Source of the DNA: Macrostomum lignano
Lineage: Eukaryota
Assembly (NCBI GenBank): GCA_002269645.1
Contig: NIVC01001989.1
Coordinates: 124,001 to 188,000 of the forward strand
Direction: 5' to 3'
DNA length: 64,000 nt
Part shown: piece by piece, positions 10,018 through 22,100 of the stretch
How positions within the stretch are numbered: position 1 is the stretch's first letter
Layout: the number at the start of each line of letters is the position of its first letter
Notes under the pieces: model-generated
Seen by the model: the letters and a program-made list of their open reading frames with translations, nothing else
Told to the model about the DNA's origin: nothing
The model's database searches: none
Translations under genes and position numbers: made by a program

Positions 10018-12962
10018 ATGGGACTGTCAGCCTTGCTGTTGCTGCCGGCATTTTGCCTGCTCAGTTTTGCAGTTGCCGCCTCCGGGCCGCTGCCCGACCC
10101 GGCCAACTTTCTGGTGTTCGGGCCCGGCCTCGACGGTCGCCGGACTCTGCCAGTTCGCTACCTGTTCGTGCAGATGCGCGACACTGCCGGCCGTCAGCTG
10201 GACGATGCCAGCCTGCCTGAGGTGGACAGCGACGCCCTCCGGCTGGAGCTGAGCGCCGCAGGCTCGGAAGATCGCCGACTTCGCTACACCAGCGAGGCGC
10301 TCCGACTTGGCGGCGGCCTGTACGTCCTGCGCTACCGCCTGCATGAGACGGTGCACAGCGATGCCAGCTTGTCTGTGTTCTACTTTGGCATGCCGGTAGC
10401 CCAGTCGCCTTACCGCCTGTCTGGCCCGCTCAGGGATGAGCAGTGCAATTGTCCGCAGATGGACTTGTCCGGCTGGCTAGATTATCACGGCTGCAGGTCG
10501 TTTAATTACAGCCAATTGGAGGCCGACTTTGCCCGATTCTCCGGCCCAGCCGGCATCCAGATGCCTATAGTGGCCGCCGAGGCTGCCAAGCGGTTTGATA
10601 ATGACGGGGCTTACGCCTATTGTCGATACGTTATTAAGGACAACGAGTTGTACAGAAGCTGCTTTGGCAAGCATACTGGTTAGTACTGTTAACTAAGAAT
10701 AGCAGTTTATGTAGATAACCCCCAGTCAGCTGTGCTACACTTTTTGCGGTCAATTGCTACTAGAGTGGAAGACTCTATGCTGCAGAATATTCCTTAATAT
10801 TGTTTTCGCTTAGAGAAAACACAATTCATGAGGTCTTTTTGACCATTTCAACTATCTTATTTGACCTCAAAAGGGCAAGGGGCCGTGTTTTTCACTCTTA
10901 TTGACGGATAAAAGTATATGGCGCCCCTGATAAAAAATTGACTTTAGCGCTCCCTTGACAGCAGCTTTGGCGCCCCCTTGACAGCAGCTTTGGCGCCCCC
11001 TTGACAGCAGCTTTGGCGCCTCCTTGACAGCAGCTTTGGCGCCCCTTGACAGCTGCTTTTGCGCCCCTTGACAGCAGCTTTGGCGCCCCCTTGACAGCAG
11101 CTTTGGGCCATACTACTGTGTGCTTCACTGAAATGAAATGGCGCCCCCATAGAAGCGCCCCCCGCCCCCAGAATTCCTGGCTACAAGTTATGCCCCTGTC
11201 TGACCTGAGCTTCAATAAAACCGACGCGTTAAACTGATCAAGAGTCGACCCCCATTAAATTCACCAGGTTTCACATTCATGAGCGACCCTCTGCTTTTGA
11301 GCCTGCTGCGGAAATTCCGCGCCCCTGATCTGGACTTCATTTTGAACTTGGGCGACTGGCCGCTCAGCCGACTGGACCGGCTGCCACACCTGCCTATTCT
11401 AAGCTGGTGCGGCTCACGTCACACCTCGGACATTGTGCTGCCAACCTACGAGCTGACCGAAGCCACAGTGAGCATGATGGATCGAATCTATAATGATTTG
11501 ATGCGAACAGCCCACGATTCCATGCGCTACAGGTGGCCCAACCGCCTGTCCAGGGCGTTCTTTAGAGGCAGGGATTCTAATAAACGCCGGCTGGAGCTGG
11601 TCCAACTGTCTATGGCCAAGCCTGACCTGGTGGACGCTCGACTGACTAATATGTTCTTCTTTCAGCACGAGAAATCTTTGGGCGATATTGTGAAACATGT
11701 GCCGCTCGGCGATTTCTTCAAGTACAAGTATCAGGTACAAGCATGCGATGACTCATTCTCTAGAGACAATGACCCATTATCTTTAACAGTGACTCATTCC
11801 CTAAAATCAAAGACCTATTCCATAGGATCAATGGCCCATTCTCTCAAACCTAATGACCTGTTTCTTAAATTCAATGACCAATTTTCTAGCAACAATGTGA
11901 CTCATTATCTAGAATCCAATGACCCATTATCTAGCAACATTGACCCATTACGTAGCAACAGTAACGACCCAATTACGACCCATTCCCTATACATCTAAGC
12001 AATGACCCTTTCCATAGAATCAGTGACCGATTTTCTATCAATGATGACCCGTCTCCTAGAATCAATGACCCATTTCATAGAATCAATGACCCATTTCATA
12101 GAATCAATGACCCATTTCATAGAATCAATGACCCATTTCATCGAATCAATGACCCATTCCCTAGAATCAATGACCCATTCCCTATAATCAATGACCCATT
12201 CCCTATAATCAGTGACCCATTCCCTATAATCAGTGACCCATTCCCTATAATCAGTGACCCATTCCCTATAATCAGTGACCCATTCCCTATAATCAGTGAC
12301 CCATTCCCTATAATCAATGACCCATTCCCTATAATCAGTGACCCATTCCCTAAAATCAATGACCCATTCCCTATAATCAGTGACCCATTCCCTATAATCA
12401 ATGACCCATTCCCTCTATCGCGGCAATGACTCATTCTGCAGCAGAGTCTGCAACAAAAAATGTGTATATAGTGTTGAAAAAGCTGCTACCCAGTATTAGC
12501 ATTTTCTATTAAGTAATATTTCTCTCTACATTACTCAATTCATCTTCATAGGTGAGCATAGACGGCACGGTGGCCGCCTACCGTTTGCCCTTCCTGTTAG
12601 CCGGCGGCAGTCCGGTGCTGAAGCAGGACTCAGACTATTATGAGCACTTTTACCGGGACCTGGAGCCCATGAAGCACTACGTGCCCCTTCGCGAGGACCT
12701 CGGCGACTTGGAAGAGCGGCTGGCCTGGCTGCGGGCGCACGACTCGCAGGCGGAGAAAATCGGCGAGTCTGGCCGCCAATTCGTGCTCAACCGGCTGATG
12801 CCCGAACAGGTGCTGTGCTACCTGGGCCAGGTGCTGGAACGTTACGGCCAATTGTTGCGCAGTCCGGTTGCCGTGTCGCAGAGCTACGAGCATATTAAAC
12901 AGCCCAGTGACAGCAACTGCCGCTGCGATTGGACCGGCCCGGGAGTTCGCGACGAACTTTAA
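10018..12962 (+). CDS. poglut2/3: Protein O-glucosyltransferase POGLUT2/3 (KDELC)-like, join(10018..10678,11268..11734,12552..12962), 512 aa
   Basis: Signal peptide, filamin-like domain, CAP10/GT90 motifs (PDLDFILNLGDWP, FFRGRDS, KYKYQVSIDGTVAAYR, EHFYRDLEPMKHYVP) and C-terminal RDEL ER-retention signal. All splice sites are GT-AG and keep the frame. Confidence 0.93.
10948..11106. repeat. 22-23-bp minisatellite in POGLUT intron 1
   Basis: (CCCCTTGACAGCAGCTTTGGCG)n, about 6 copies. Confidence 0.85.
11745..12435. repeat. 21-bp minisatellite in POGLUT intron 2
   Basis: (AATCAATGACCCATTCCCTAT)n, degenerate at the 5' side and homogeneous at the 3' side. Confidence 0.9.
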
Positions 12963-13624
12963 AGCTCTGTGGGAACTGCTGGATCAACGCTGCCAAGCTA
13001 CACTTTCCTCTTCTTATTGGTTAGAAAGAAACTGTTTAAGACGATAGTTTTTCAACATATACTACTAGATTGAGTAATTAGTAGTGTTCACATTTTTAGT
13101 CATTGTCTCCTTTAATCTTCTAAGTCTTGCCTTTAGTCTCAATTTTAAAAAAAATGAATCTCTCTTTTTCTCTATCGAAGGTTGCATGCTTGAATTGATT
13201 TGTATTAATTAGTCAATAGACTGCTAGGACTCTTGCCACTCCTTGATCCTCCCCACCAGCAAAATCTGCTTCCATTGGATCTTTACAGATTCAAGATCAC
13301 AATTTCGGTCGTAGTAAGTTTGCACGATTTTAGCTCAAATTTTCGTCTCAAAAATACATCAATTTTGTGCCGATTTTAATTAAACTGCTGATCACATGAC
13401 TCTCAAGCCAAAATCGAGATTTAAATGCTGCTGCTGTGTGATGTTTTTTCTTTTTTTAATTCGTTAATACTCGTAGTTTATCAATTCTATTTTTATTAGA
13501 AGGAAGTCGTCACGAAGGTCTGCGACCAAGCGCTACTGCCGTGGATAAAAATGTGATAAAATTTGTTTCTTTCTAATATGTGATACTATCTGCTTTCTCG
13601 ACAGTCATGGGGAGACCGAAAGTC

Positions 13625-13875
13625 GTGAAACATCTCGACGGGTTGTGGGATGTCTCGACGGAGTTGCGGGAATGTCTCGACGGAGTCAGGTATGTCTCGC
13701 CGGAGTCAGGAATGTCTCGACGGAGTCTGGAGTGTCTCGATTGAGTTGGGAATGTCTCGAAGGAGTCGGGGAATGTCTTGACAGAGTCCGGGTATCGGGA
13801 ATGTCTCGACGGAGTCTGGAGTGTCTCAACAGAGTCAAATGTCTTAACCGAATCTGGAATGTCTCCACGGAGTCG
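13625..13875. repeat. Degenerate minisatellite, about 21-bp unit
   Basis: Repeated GAATGTCTCGACGGAGTC motif. Confidence 0.75.
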
Positions 13876-14584
13876 TGTGATGTTTCAAAGATGTTGAGTG
13901 CTGCAGAAATTGCTCTGAAACACTGCTGAAAGTATTCGGGGCTGTTGCGTATTCCGTATACGCGCTCATAAGGTTTTATCCATAGCAGACGACGCATGCC
14001 CCAATAGCTGTTTAGTTTGAGTCCAAACTGTTCCGCATGCGAGACACTCCACTCGAGCTGCAGCTACTAACGTTTCATCTTTCAGTTGCCTGGACACGGA
14101 GTGACGACATCTGTCGCTTTAATGGCTTGGAGCTTATTAGAATTATAAAATGGCGCACTGCTTTATAAGGCTCAACACACCTATGCACCGCATTGTAGCA
14201 CTACGTCTGGAGGTGTTTTCTTTCAACTGCAGCAGCGTCTGGCTGCGCAGATACCGAGGCGATTTTTTCTCTACTGGCCCTCCTAATGCGCCACTCAAAC
14301 TCCTGCTACCAGCCTGGCCATATTGCTCCCTTACTCTTAACTGCCTACTCGGCGTTTTGTTTGCCACAGCTTGTAGCTACGCTCGCATACAAATAGTTTA
14401 GCCGTTGGCGCATAATGGTACCGAGAGAAGAGGCGAGCAGTCGTTTAAAAGACCCAGCGATCTAAAGCGAGCCGTCCATTAACTGAGCAGCACCTTGCAC
14501 CTTGCTGTTTTGCCTGCCGTTTTGTCCTTCTACGGTCGCTCTTTACTATACTGTACGCTAGCTCGACTGCCGTTGCGGGCAGAG

Positions 14585-15553
14585 ATGAGTTTCGCTGCGA
14601 AACCCTTCAGCGCGGCCAGTCAGCAATCCGCCTCCACCCAGCGCGCAAGCCAACGCAGTACATCCACTCGGCCCTGGCCGCATCAGCAAAAACAACCGGT
14701 TTCTACTCAAGACTTTCGCGCAGTTGCTGGCGGCTCCCGACTGTCTGGCTGGTCGGCGGAGTCCCGGCTGCAGTGGCAGCGCCGCACCCAGCCGGAGGTC
14801 ACCTTCGAGTTCTGGTGCTCGCCCTCTTCACGACGTCGCCTGACGAAAGTCAGCCGGCCCGCCAGCCCGACAGAAGCAGCTCTGGCTCTCGTTCTCCTGC
14901 CAGTTACTGGTTTCGCCTGTTCATGCAGCAGTGACATCGACGCCTCTGAGCTGGCCGCCGCTCCACTGACTCCGCCGGACCAGTCATCGCCGTCTCCATC
15001 CTCGCTTCAAGGTAATTTAACTGACGCTGTGGATGTAGAAGAGTTCGAAGCTACTCAAGTGCAGCTACAGGAAGATTCTGAGCCATCGACTCCGCAAAAT
15101 CAGCAGCAGCAAGCTTCGCTTTCTTCATCACCCTGGCGAGCTGCGCCAGCTCCATCGCCGGCACCGCCAGCACCGAGCTGTCAGCAGTCGCGTCCACTGA
15201 CTCGCCCGGTCTCAACTGGTCCAACTGAGCAGCTTCTCAGACTGGTCCGTCTGAGCTATACCCACTCGGACCTGGCTACTCGGCGTCTTCTGAAATCGTC
15301 TCTGCTGCATCGAAGCCGACCCGAGCCTTTCGCGGTGGACGCTCCGTCCGTTGTCGACGGCGCTGGCGGCGGGGGCGGTGGTGCCATTGACAGCGGGGCC
15401 GTCAGCACCAGTAGCAGCGGCGGGTTGCTACCTAAGCGCCGGTTTCCAAGGCCTACGCCAGTTAGTCTGCGAGGCTCGGGTGAACAGCCGCCCATGCGAC
15501 TGTGGAGCCGAGAACAGTGCTTGTCCCTGCCGCCGCTGGTGCCAAATAGTTGA
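14585..15553 (+). CDS. Intronless Ser/Pro/Gln-rich ORF, unknown function
   Basis: GC-rich open frame of 322 aa from ATG 14585, preceded by CAG|AG. Not built from a tandem repeat. No domain recognised. Confidence 0.4.
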   Translation: MSFAAKPFSAASQQSASTQRASQRSTSTRPWPHQQKQPVSTQDFRAVAGGSRLSGWSAESRLQWQRRTQPEVTFEFWCSPSSRRRLTKVSRPASPTEAALALVLLPVTGFACSCSSDIDASELAAAPLTPPDQSSPSPSSLQGNLTDAVDVEEFEATQVQLQEDSEPSTPQNQQQQASLSSSPWRAAPAPSPAPPAPSCQQSRPLTRPVSTGPTEQLLRLVRLSYTHSDLATRRLLKSSLLHRSRPEPFAVDAPSVVDGAGGGGGGAIDSGAVSTSSSGGLLPKRRFPRPTPVSLRGSGEQPPMRLWSREQCLSLPPLVPNS

Positions 15554-16317
15554 CTCATTAATAGAACGGCGCGTTTTTATTACTGAAACCTCTGTTTTGT
15601 TATGCCGCCATTGTCTAGTCGGTATTGCATGTACAAGCAACTACATGTAACTTGCCTTGCATGCCATGTGAAGTGTCGTGTACATGTATGCAGCTTCTCG
15701 TTTTGTATAATTTTATCAACTGCATGTAGCCCTAACCTGTATTTCTACCACACTGAAACATTTCTCACTAAATAATCAGGTCAGAGTAGTAAGTATGGTT
15801 CGAATAGATGACTATTACGGCTTCTTTGCGCTTTCAAAAACTATGGATTCGGTACTATTCTCTCAGCATTTATCATGTATATTTTTAACATATCCCTGCA
15901 TTGTAAACTGAGTAGATACAATGCAGACTGTACCGAAAAGAAATGGCTCGATTCTTTACTGCCAGCCTGCAGCTAGCTGAAAGCTATTCTTTTATTTAGT
16001 ATTGTGCCCAACTCTTCATAAAAGATGCAACGGCCGTTTTGAAGTTTCTGTTCAGTTACTTATTAAACCCCCTCTCTGTTTGGCCTACGAGTACAAGCCT
16101 TGCAGCTTTCTGTGTGAATATTTATTATTACTTACCCACCTCTACAGACTGGTCTATATCAACAGCGATAAATCTACAGACTTTTAATTGAATAAAAAAG
16201 CAACTATCAATAATGCATTACATGTAATATACTCTTGTACAATGCATATAGGAGGGTCTACGACAAGTGACTGCCGCAATTAAGCCAAGTCTATTTGCCA
16301 TTTTTGGATGTTAATAA

Positions 16318-17917
16318 GGAAGCCAGACATTTCGGTGCCGGACATTTTTATGCCAGACACTTTGTGCCAGAGCAAGTGGTGTCAATTAGTCACTTCGGTG
16401 CCGAGACAGTTGGGTGCCAGAGCAATTAGTCACTTCGTCAATTAGTCACTTTGGTGCCGAGACAGTTGGGTGCCAGAGCAAGTGGTGTCAATTAGTCACT
16501 TCGGTGCCAAGACAGTTGGGTGCCAGAGCAAGTGGTGTCAATTAGTCACTTCGTTGCCAAGACAGTTGGGTGCCAGAGCAAGTGGTGTCAATTAGTCACT
16601 TCGGTGCCAAGACAGTTGGGTGTCAGAGCAAGTGGTGTCAATTAGTCACTTCGGTGCCAAGACAGTTGGGTGCCAGAGCAAGTGGTGTCAATTAGTCACT
16701 TCGGTGCAAGACAGTTGGGTGCCAGAGCAAGTGGTGTCAATTAGTCACTTCGGTGCCAAGACAGTTGGGTGCCAGAGCAAGTGGTGTCAATTAGTCACTT
16801 CGGTGCTAAGACAGTTGGGTGCCAGAGCAAGTGGTGTCAATTAGTCACTTCGGTGCCAAGACAGTTGGGTGCCAGAGCAAGTGGTGTCAATTAGTCACTT
16901 CGGTGCTAAGACAGTTGGGTGCCAGAGCAAGTGGTGTCAATTAGTCACTTCGGTGCCAAGACAGTTGGGTGCCAGAGCAAGTGGTGTCAATTAGTCACTT
17001 CGGTGCAAGACAGTTGGGTGCCAGAGCAAGTGGTGTCAATTAGTCACTTCGGTGCCAAGACAGTTGGGTGCCAGAGCAAGTGGTGTCAATTAGTCACTTC
17101 GGTGCTAAGACAGTTGGGTGCCAGAGCAAGTGGTGTCAATTAGTCACTTCGGTGCTAAGACAGTTGGGTGCCAGAGCAAGTGGTGTCAATTAGTCACTTC
17201 GGTGCTAAGACAGTTGGGTGCCAGAGCAAGTGGTGTCAATTAGTCACTTCGGTGCTAAGACAGTTGGGTGCCAGAGCAAGTGGTGTCAAGTCTGTTACGT
17301 AAACAAAGCTGTTACGCTTTGTTATGGTTGCCTGCAGGAGCTTCTCAAGGCACGGCAGCATTTTCTTAGCTGGCAGGAAGCTGAGTGCTGGTTCGTCCGG
17401 TACGCAGTTCGCAGGCCCCTCTAAGTGAACTGTGAGAAGATCGCCTGCGACAGCTAGGTAAGTTGCAGCCGCGGACCTGAACACGTACATTCGAAGACGT
17501 CGAACTCCAGTGCAGCTGGTAGTGTATAGGTGCCGTCTTGTTGAACTCAGCTGCAGATCTAGACCGCACCGTAGGAAAGTGGCCGGGAGCTGAGCGTTAG
17601 TGTTCACCTCGAACAGAAGATCCTCGGCTCATTCGGCCGCTGCTGCTTACGTTGCCTGTTTGCCATTCGGGCAAAATTCTCAAGCCCAGGCAGATTTGGT
17701 TTGTGATTGAAATCAGCTTGAGCTACGAGCAGCTTCTCCTCGACTATTTCCATCGCTGGTGTTCTCACAGCCATAAAACAATTAGAGCATCAAAGTAAAG
17801 TAAATTAACCGCAGTCACTATATACACTCCAACATCTACTTAAGTAGTTCATCAAGGCACCGGAAGTGACTGCATGGACCACCGCAGTCTCTGGCACCGA
17901 AGTGTCCGCGGTACTCC
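16318..17917. mobile_element. Non-autonomous inverted-repeat DNA element containing a 50-bp tandem array (about 16360..17290)
   Basis: Left end GACATTTCGGTGCC motifs; right end GGCACCGAAGTGTCC is their inverse. The array unit GTGCCAGAGCAAGTGGTGTCAATTAGTCACTTCGGTGCCAAGACAGTTGG contains the same motif. Ends are approximate; no clear TSD. Confidence 0.55.
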
Positions 17918-19151
17918 TTAACACAGTATAATTGCTGATAAAGTGATTAGACTTTATGACTGCTGGATAAATGATCGTTGTCGGTCAAATATAAGCATGA
18001 GTAATGTATGACCACAAATGTGCTTTCGTGGAGAGATTAGTTTTTAACTTATAAAAACATTGAGGAATTAGTTTCAAAATTTCGATTTTCTATCAAAGCA
18101 AAGTGTGTTGACAAGCTTTTCGAAGGAATTCTAGCAATTTACATATACATTGCCCCTATTCGAAAATAAAGAAGCTCGGCTTGCTCCCTAAATTTTTCCA
18201 GCATGTTCAAGTAAAGAGGATACTATATGTACATATGCATATGTAGGCGTCAAAACAGGGGGACCTGGAGTCGTGTTTCCCCCCATGTTTTTAAAACTTT
18301 GTAGGAATTTTTTGCATTTTATGAAGGCGATTTATCAATAGAAATTGTAAAATAACTTGTATAAAGAATAGCGCCACTGACGTATAGTATCAATATTAGG
18401 GGGACTGCCAGGCTATACCCCGCGGTACTTTTCAATACGTTCCCGACCCGTATGAGGGAATAAAAAGTCAATTTTGCGTTCAATTTTACAAAAACTGTTC
18501 AAAATTTTGTTCAAAGTGTTCAATTTTACAGCCGACAGCTTATCAGCAATCAATCAGCAGCAGACTAAATTATTTGTCGATTGATCGTTTTTGTTCCGGT
18601 TAAAACTTTTTATTCTTATAACTAATTTTAATTTATGTTTTGTTTCTTCTAAACTAAATGTGCAGATTTTCTAAAAAAGTTAGAAGTGCTGAGTATAACT
18701 ACTGATCAGCTTTGATAATGTTTCGATGTTGTTACATGGTTTATTATTTTTCAACTTTGTCTAAAAATTTTTTATTTAACTGGACTTTTGCATTTTGTAA
18801 TTATCAGTTTCGCGAAGAATAAAAAATTGCCTTTTTTCCAGGCCAATCAAAAATTGCTTTTTTGATTTTTTGACTGCACAAGAAGCTACTGTATTGCTTT
18901 TTATTGATTCTTGTGATTGCTTTGTCTAGCAGTTGCTGAGTTGCAAGATTGCAAAAATGTTAATGCCTTAGTCTTTTAAAAAGGCAAGGCTTCATGTCCA
19001 ATTTCTGTAAATGTAAATGTCCTTTTTACTGAAAGAAATTTTGAGCTGAGCCAAGCCTAAAACTTAAATTAGCGATTGAATTTTATAGTTTCTTTCAGAC
19101 ATTATATTTAACTATATTCAAATAGTTTCATAAAAGAATAATTATCTAATT

Positions 19152-22100
19152 ATGGAAACTACCAAAATAATATTTCATGTGGATGAGGAGGATACACCAT
19201 ATCTAATTCGACTTTCTATACCACCAGGTCAAGCAACATTAGCTGACTTTAAGAATGCATTAAACTATAAAGCAAACTTTAAATTCTTCTTCAAGTCAGT
19301 TGATGATGACTTTGGGTAAGTTAAGACAAGTATAATTTTAAAATATAAATAAATTAATTGGTAATTCTATTATGCCATCCTTTTAATGTGACTAGGGGCT
19401 CATGTCTAGCTTAATATTAATAGCATTGATATTGTATAGGCTTATTCTACAATTATAATAAGGGCCTAAGCCCTAATCTATTTTGGCAACTAAAAATCTT
19501 ATTAATATTGATAGCCATTTTAGTATCAAGTCATTATGGCAACCTTGTTAGCAACATTGGTAGGCTAGTTAACTAAGAAATTTTATTTTATATAAATCAT
19601 AAATAATTATCTTTTTTCTATATGAGTCATAGCCTATATATTCTTGATAAATATAATTATATAATAAATGAATTCCTAATGTCTAAATTGATGGCATTGT
19701 CTTTTTTGAATTAGTATTTTGTATATTCCAAATTCTCTTTATTATGCTCATAATAACTCTTTTTAACTACAAAAAGAAAAGCAATTCAATTTAAAGATAA
19801 ATTATATAATGAAATTAATTGCCATTGTCTTATTTACATGTATAATCTAAAATATTTTTACCAACTATAGAATTATAATTTAAAATAGTAAATAATATTG
19901 AATATTAGTTTTAGAGCTGAAAAATATTAAATTTCTCATCTATATTATATTTAGGATATTTAATGATGCCCTAAAATAATATATAATAGGGACAATAAAT
20001 GCTTACTAATTTTTTATTTATGTCTATTTGGCACAATTTTGAATTAGATATTTATTGTAAAAAAAGTTATTAAAAAACATACATGCCTAACACCTGTCCA
20101 ACCCATCTGAAACGGATAGGTGAAATGGCTGCTGGCCAAGGTAAGTTGCAAAATCAAAAATGCAAAAAATGAAAAATTGGGAAAAGAAAGAAAGGAAGAG
20201 AAAAGGAAAAGAAAGGAGGGAGAAAAGAGAGAGAAAGAGGAAAAAGGAGGTAGATAGAGAGAGATAAGAGAAAAGGCAAGAAAAGTCATACAAAGTGAAA
20301 ATTAGGTTACAACTAGGGGAACTAAATCATAATTAGCAGGAACTAAGTTGAAAATCTGGACAAAACTAAGTTGCACTGGACAGGTGAAATTTTGAGGTTG
20401 GGCATGTATGTACTAAAACATTATTAGTTTATCTTTATTTAAAAATGTTTTAATTAATTAAATAGTCAGATTATTAATTAATAAAGTAGTCATAAACCAA
20501 TGTGTTAAAGGTTTTTATATGTTAATATACTTTTAGTTTTAGCCTAGATTTTTAAACAGAAAGCTGTTTTAAATTTGTAATTTTATTTTATTTTAGAGTT
20601 GTTAAAGAAGAGATTGCAGATGACAATGCCCACCTACCATTCTCAAAAGGCAAAGTCGAATCATGGGTATGTTTTTGCATGATGCGTGTTATTGTTGTTT
20701 ATCATTCTTAATAAATCGTTTTTAAGTTCCTAAACTGTCATCTAGATAAACTTTCTTAAAAAACTAGTCTAAACTGGCTAGAAAGCCGAGTCCCTCAGTA
20801 AGGAGGCAATGTAGAAATAATTTTTTTCAAAAAAAACTATAAAAGCCCAATTCTTAGTTTCTTAGAAATTAACATGTTTGCAGCAGAAAAGCATTAGCAC
20901 TTGTATTAAGCTAGCATCTCCATTTGAGCCATGGTTGTTCAGAATTCCCCCCTGAGCCTTGCATCTCAGCAACTCCCCATTGAGCCATGGCATCTCTGCA
21001 ACTCCCCATTGAGCCATGGCATCTCAGCAACTCCCCCTCTGAGCCTTGGCATCTCAGTAACCCCCCCCCCTTGAGCCATGGCATCTCAGCAACTCCCCCT
21101 CTGAGCCCTGGCATCTCAGTAACTCCCCATTGAGCCATGGCATCTCAGTAACTCCCCCTTTGAGCCTTGGCATCTCAGCAACTCCCCCTCTGAGCCATGG
21201 CATCTCAGCAACTCCCCCTCTGAGAGCCATGGCTTCTCAGCAACTCCCCCTCTGAGCCCTGGCATCTCAGCAACTCCCCCCTCTGAGCCATGGCATCTCA
21301 GCAACTCCCCCTCTGAGCCCTGGCATCTCAGCAACTCCCCCTCTGAGCCCTGGCATCTCAGCAACTCCATCCTCTGAGCCCTGGCATCTCAGCAACTCCC
21401 CCTCTGAGCCCTGGCATCTCAGCAACTCCCCCCTCTGAGCCCTGGCATCTCAGAAACTCCCCTCTGAGCCTTGGCATCTCAGAAACTCCCCCCTGTGAGC
21501 CTTGGCATCTCAGCAACCCCCCCCCCTCTGAGCCCTGGAATCTCAGAAACTCCCCTCTGAGCCTTGGCATCTCAGAAACTCCCCCCTGTGAGCCTTGGCA
21601 TCTCAGCAACTCCCCCCTCTGAGCCCTGGAATCTCAGAAACTCCCCTCTGAGCCTTGGCATCTCAGCAATCCCTTCGAGTTAAAAGCAGAAACAGCTCCT
21701 TTTTGTTCAGTATGTACAGCAGTTCACAGTATTCTACAGGCCAGTTCAATAGTTCCCAGGCGAACTCTGGACAGACTAGTCTCTTGGAGCAGTTAATAGT
21801 TAAAAGTACACTATTTGAAGTAATTGCCACTGCATGGCCGCACACCACCCAGCTGGTCACAGCGGACGCGGAGGGCAGCGTCAATTCCGGCAGCAAGCTT
21901 GGCAGCGGCGGGGCAGCCGCTCTGCCAGCTGGCGGCAGCGGAGCATCCGGCACCGGCTCTGAGAGCGAGTACAGTGCCCAGCAACAGGCTGGTAAGTTGG
22001 CTGGCCTATGGTCTCTAGCTAGAAATTTCACGTTGCAGAAAAGGCACCAGCGCAGGCTTTTCGTTGCGTGTGTCCTTAATTTGGACCCCGGATGCTAAAT

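Noticed and set aside
16360-17290. CRISPR-like regular repeats (also other arrays)
   Set aside because: No unique spacers, no cas genes, eukaryotic context.
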